Source of the DNA: the human T2T-CHM13v2.0 reference genome, Homo sapiens
Reading direction: 5' to 3' (one strand)
Length of the DNA stretch: 64,000 nucleotides
NCBI RefSeq assembly: GCF_009914755.1
Contig: NC_060941.1
The position numbers and the translations under genes were made by a program. Position 1 is the first letter of the stretch, and the number at the start of each line of letters is the position of its first letter. The notes below the pieces were generated by a model. The model was not told the DNA's origin. It saw only the letters and a list, made by a program, of their open reading frames with translations, and did not search any database. Shown here piece after piece: positions 63,884 through 64,000 of this stretch.

Positions 63884-64000
63884 GTCTTCCAAAATTGTGC
63901 TGTCACGCTTTGTGCAGCCTAGAAGATGTCTCAGTGAGCAAATCCTAAGGACAGCAGCCCTGCAATGAAGTCAGCCAGACTTAAAGAGGAAATAGATGGC

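Overview
Human (or great-ape) genomic DNA, almost entirely non-coding and roughly half interspersed repeats. I count about 37 Alu/FLAM copies, plus L1 and L2 fragments, MIRs, MaLR/ERVL LTRs (MLT1, MST, THE1, LTR33-like) and hAT/Tigger-derived DNA transposons (MER20, MER33, MER58A, Charlie1a, MER103, MER5, MER47A). Nearly all ORFs in the track are artefacts of these repeats or of simple repeats. The one well-supported genic feature is a 32-nt minus-strand exon (56891-56922) with canonical splice signals that encodes M-D-L-S-L-T-G-L. I recall this as the N-terminus of the long PRICKLE2 isoform (3p14.1), so the window is probably the large 5' introns of PRICKLE2; this is from memory, not a database search. 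I see no prokaryote-type or clearly novel genetic system. The most interesting unexplained signals are: (i) a dense immune-type motif cluster (EICE, kB, octamer, kB, IRF) beside a perfect splice donor at about 2.2-2.55 kb; (ii) two further minus-strand candidate exons in the same phase as the MDLSLTGL exon (about 29.26 kb and 8.83 kb); (iii) a palindrome covering the 5' splice site of the 32-nt exon; (iv) a 35-bp dispersed duplication linked to a HOX/MEIS-motif cluster; (v) several repeat-free enhancer-like islands; and (vi) a compound AT-rich VNTR inside L1PB1. Repeat subfamily names are by eye and boundaries are approximate.
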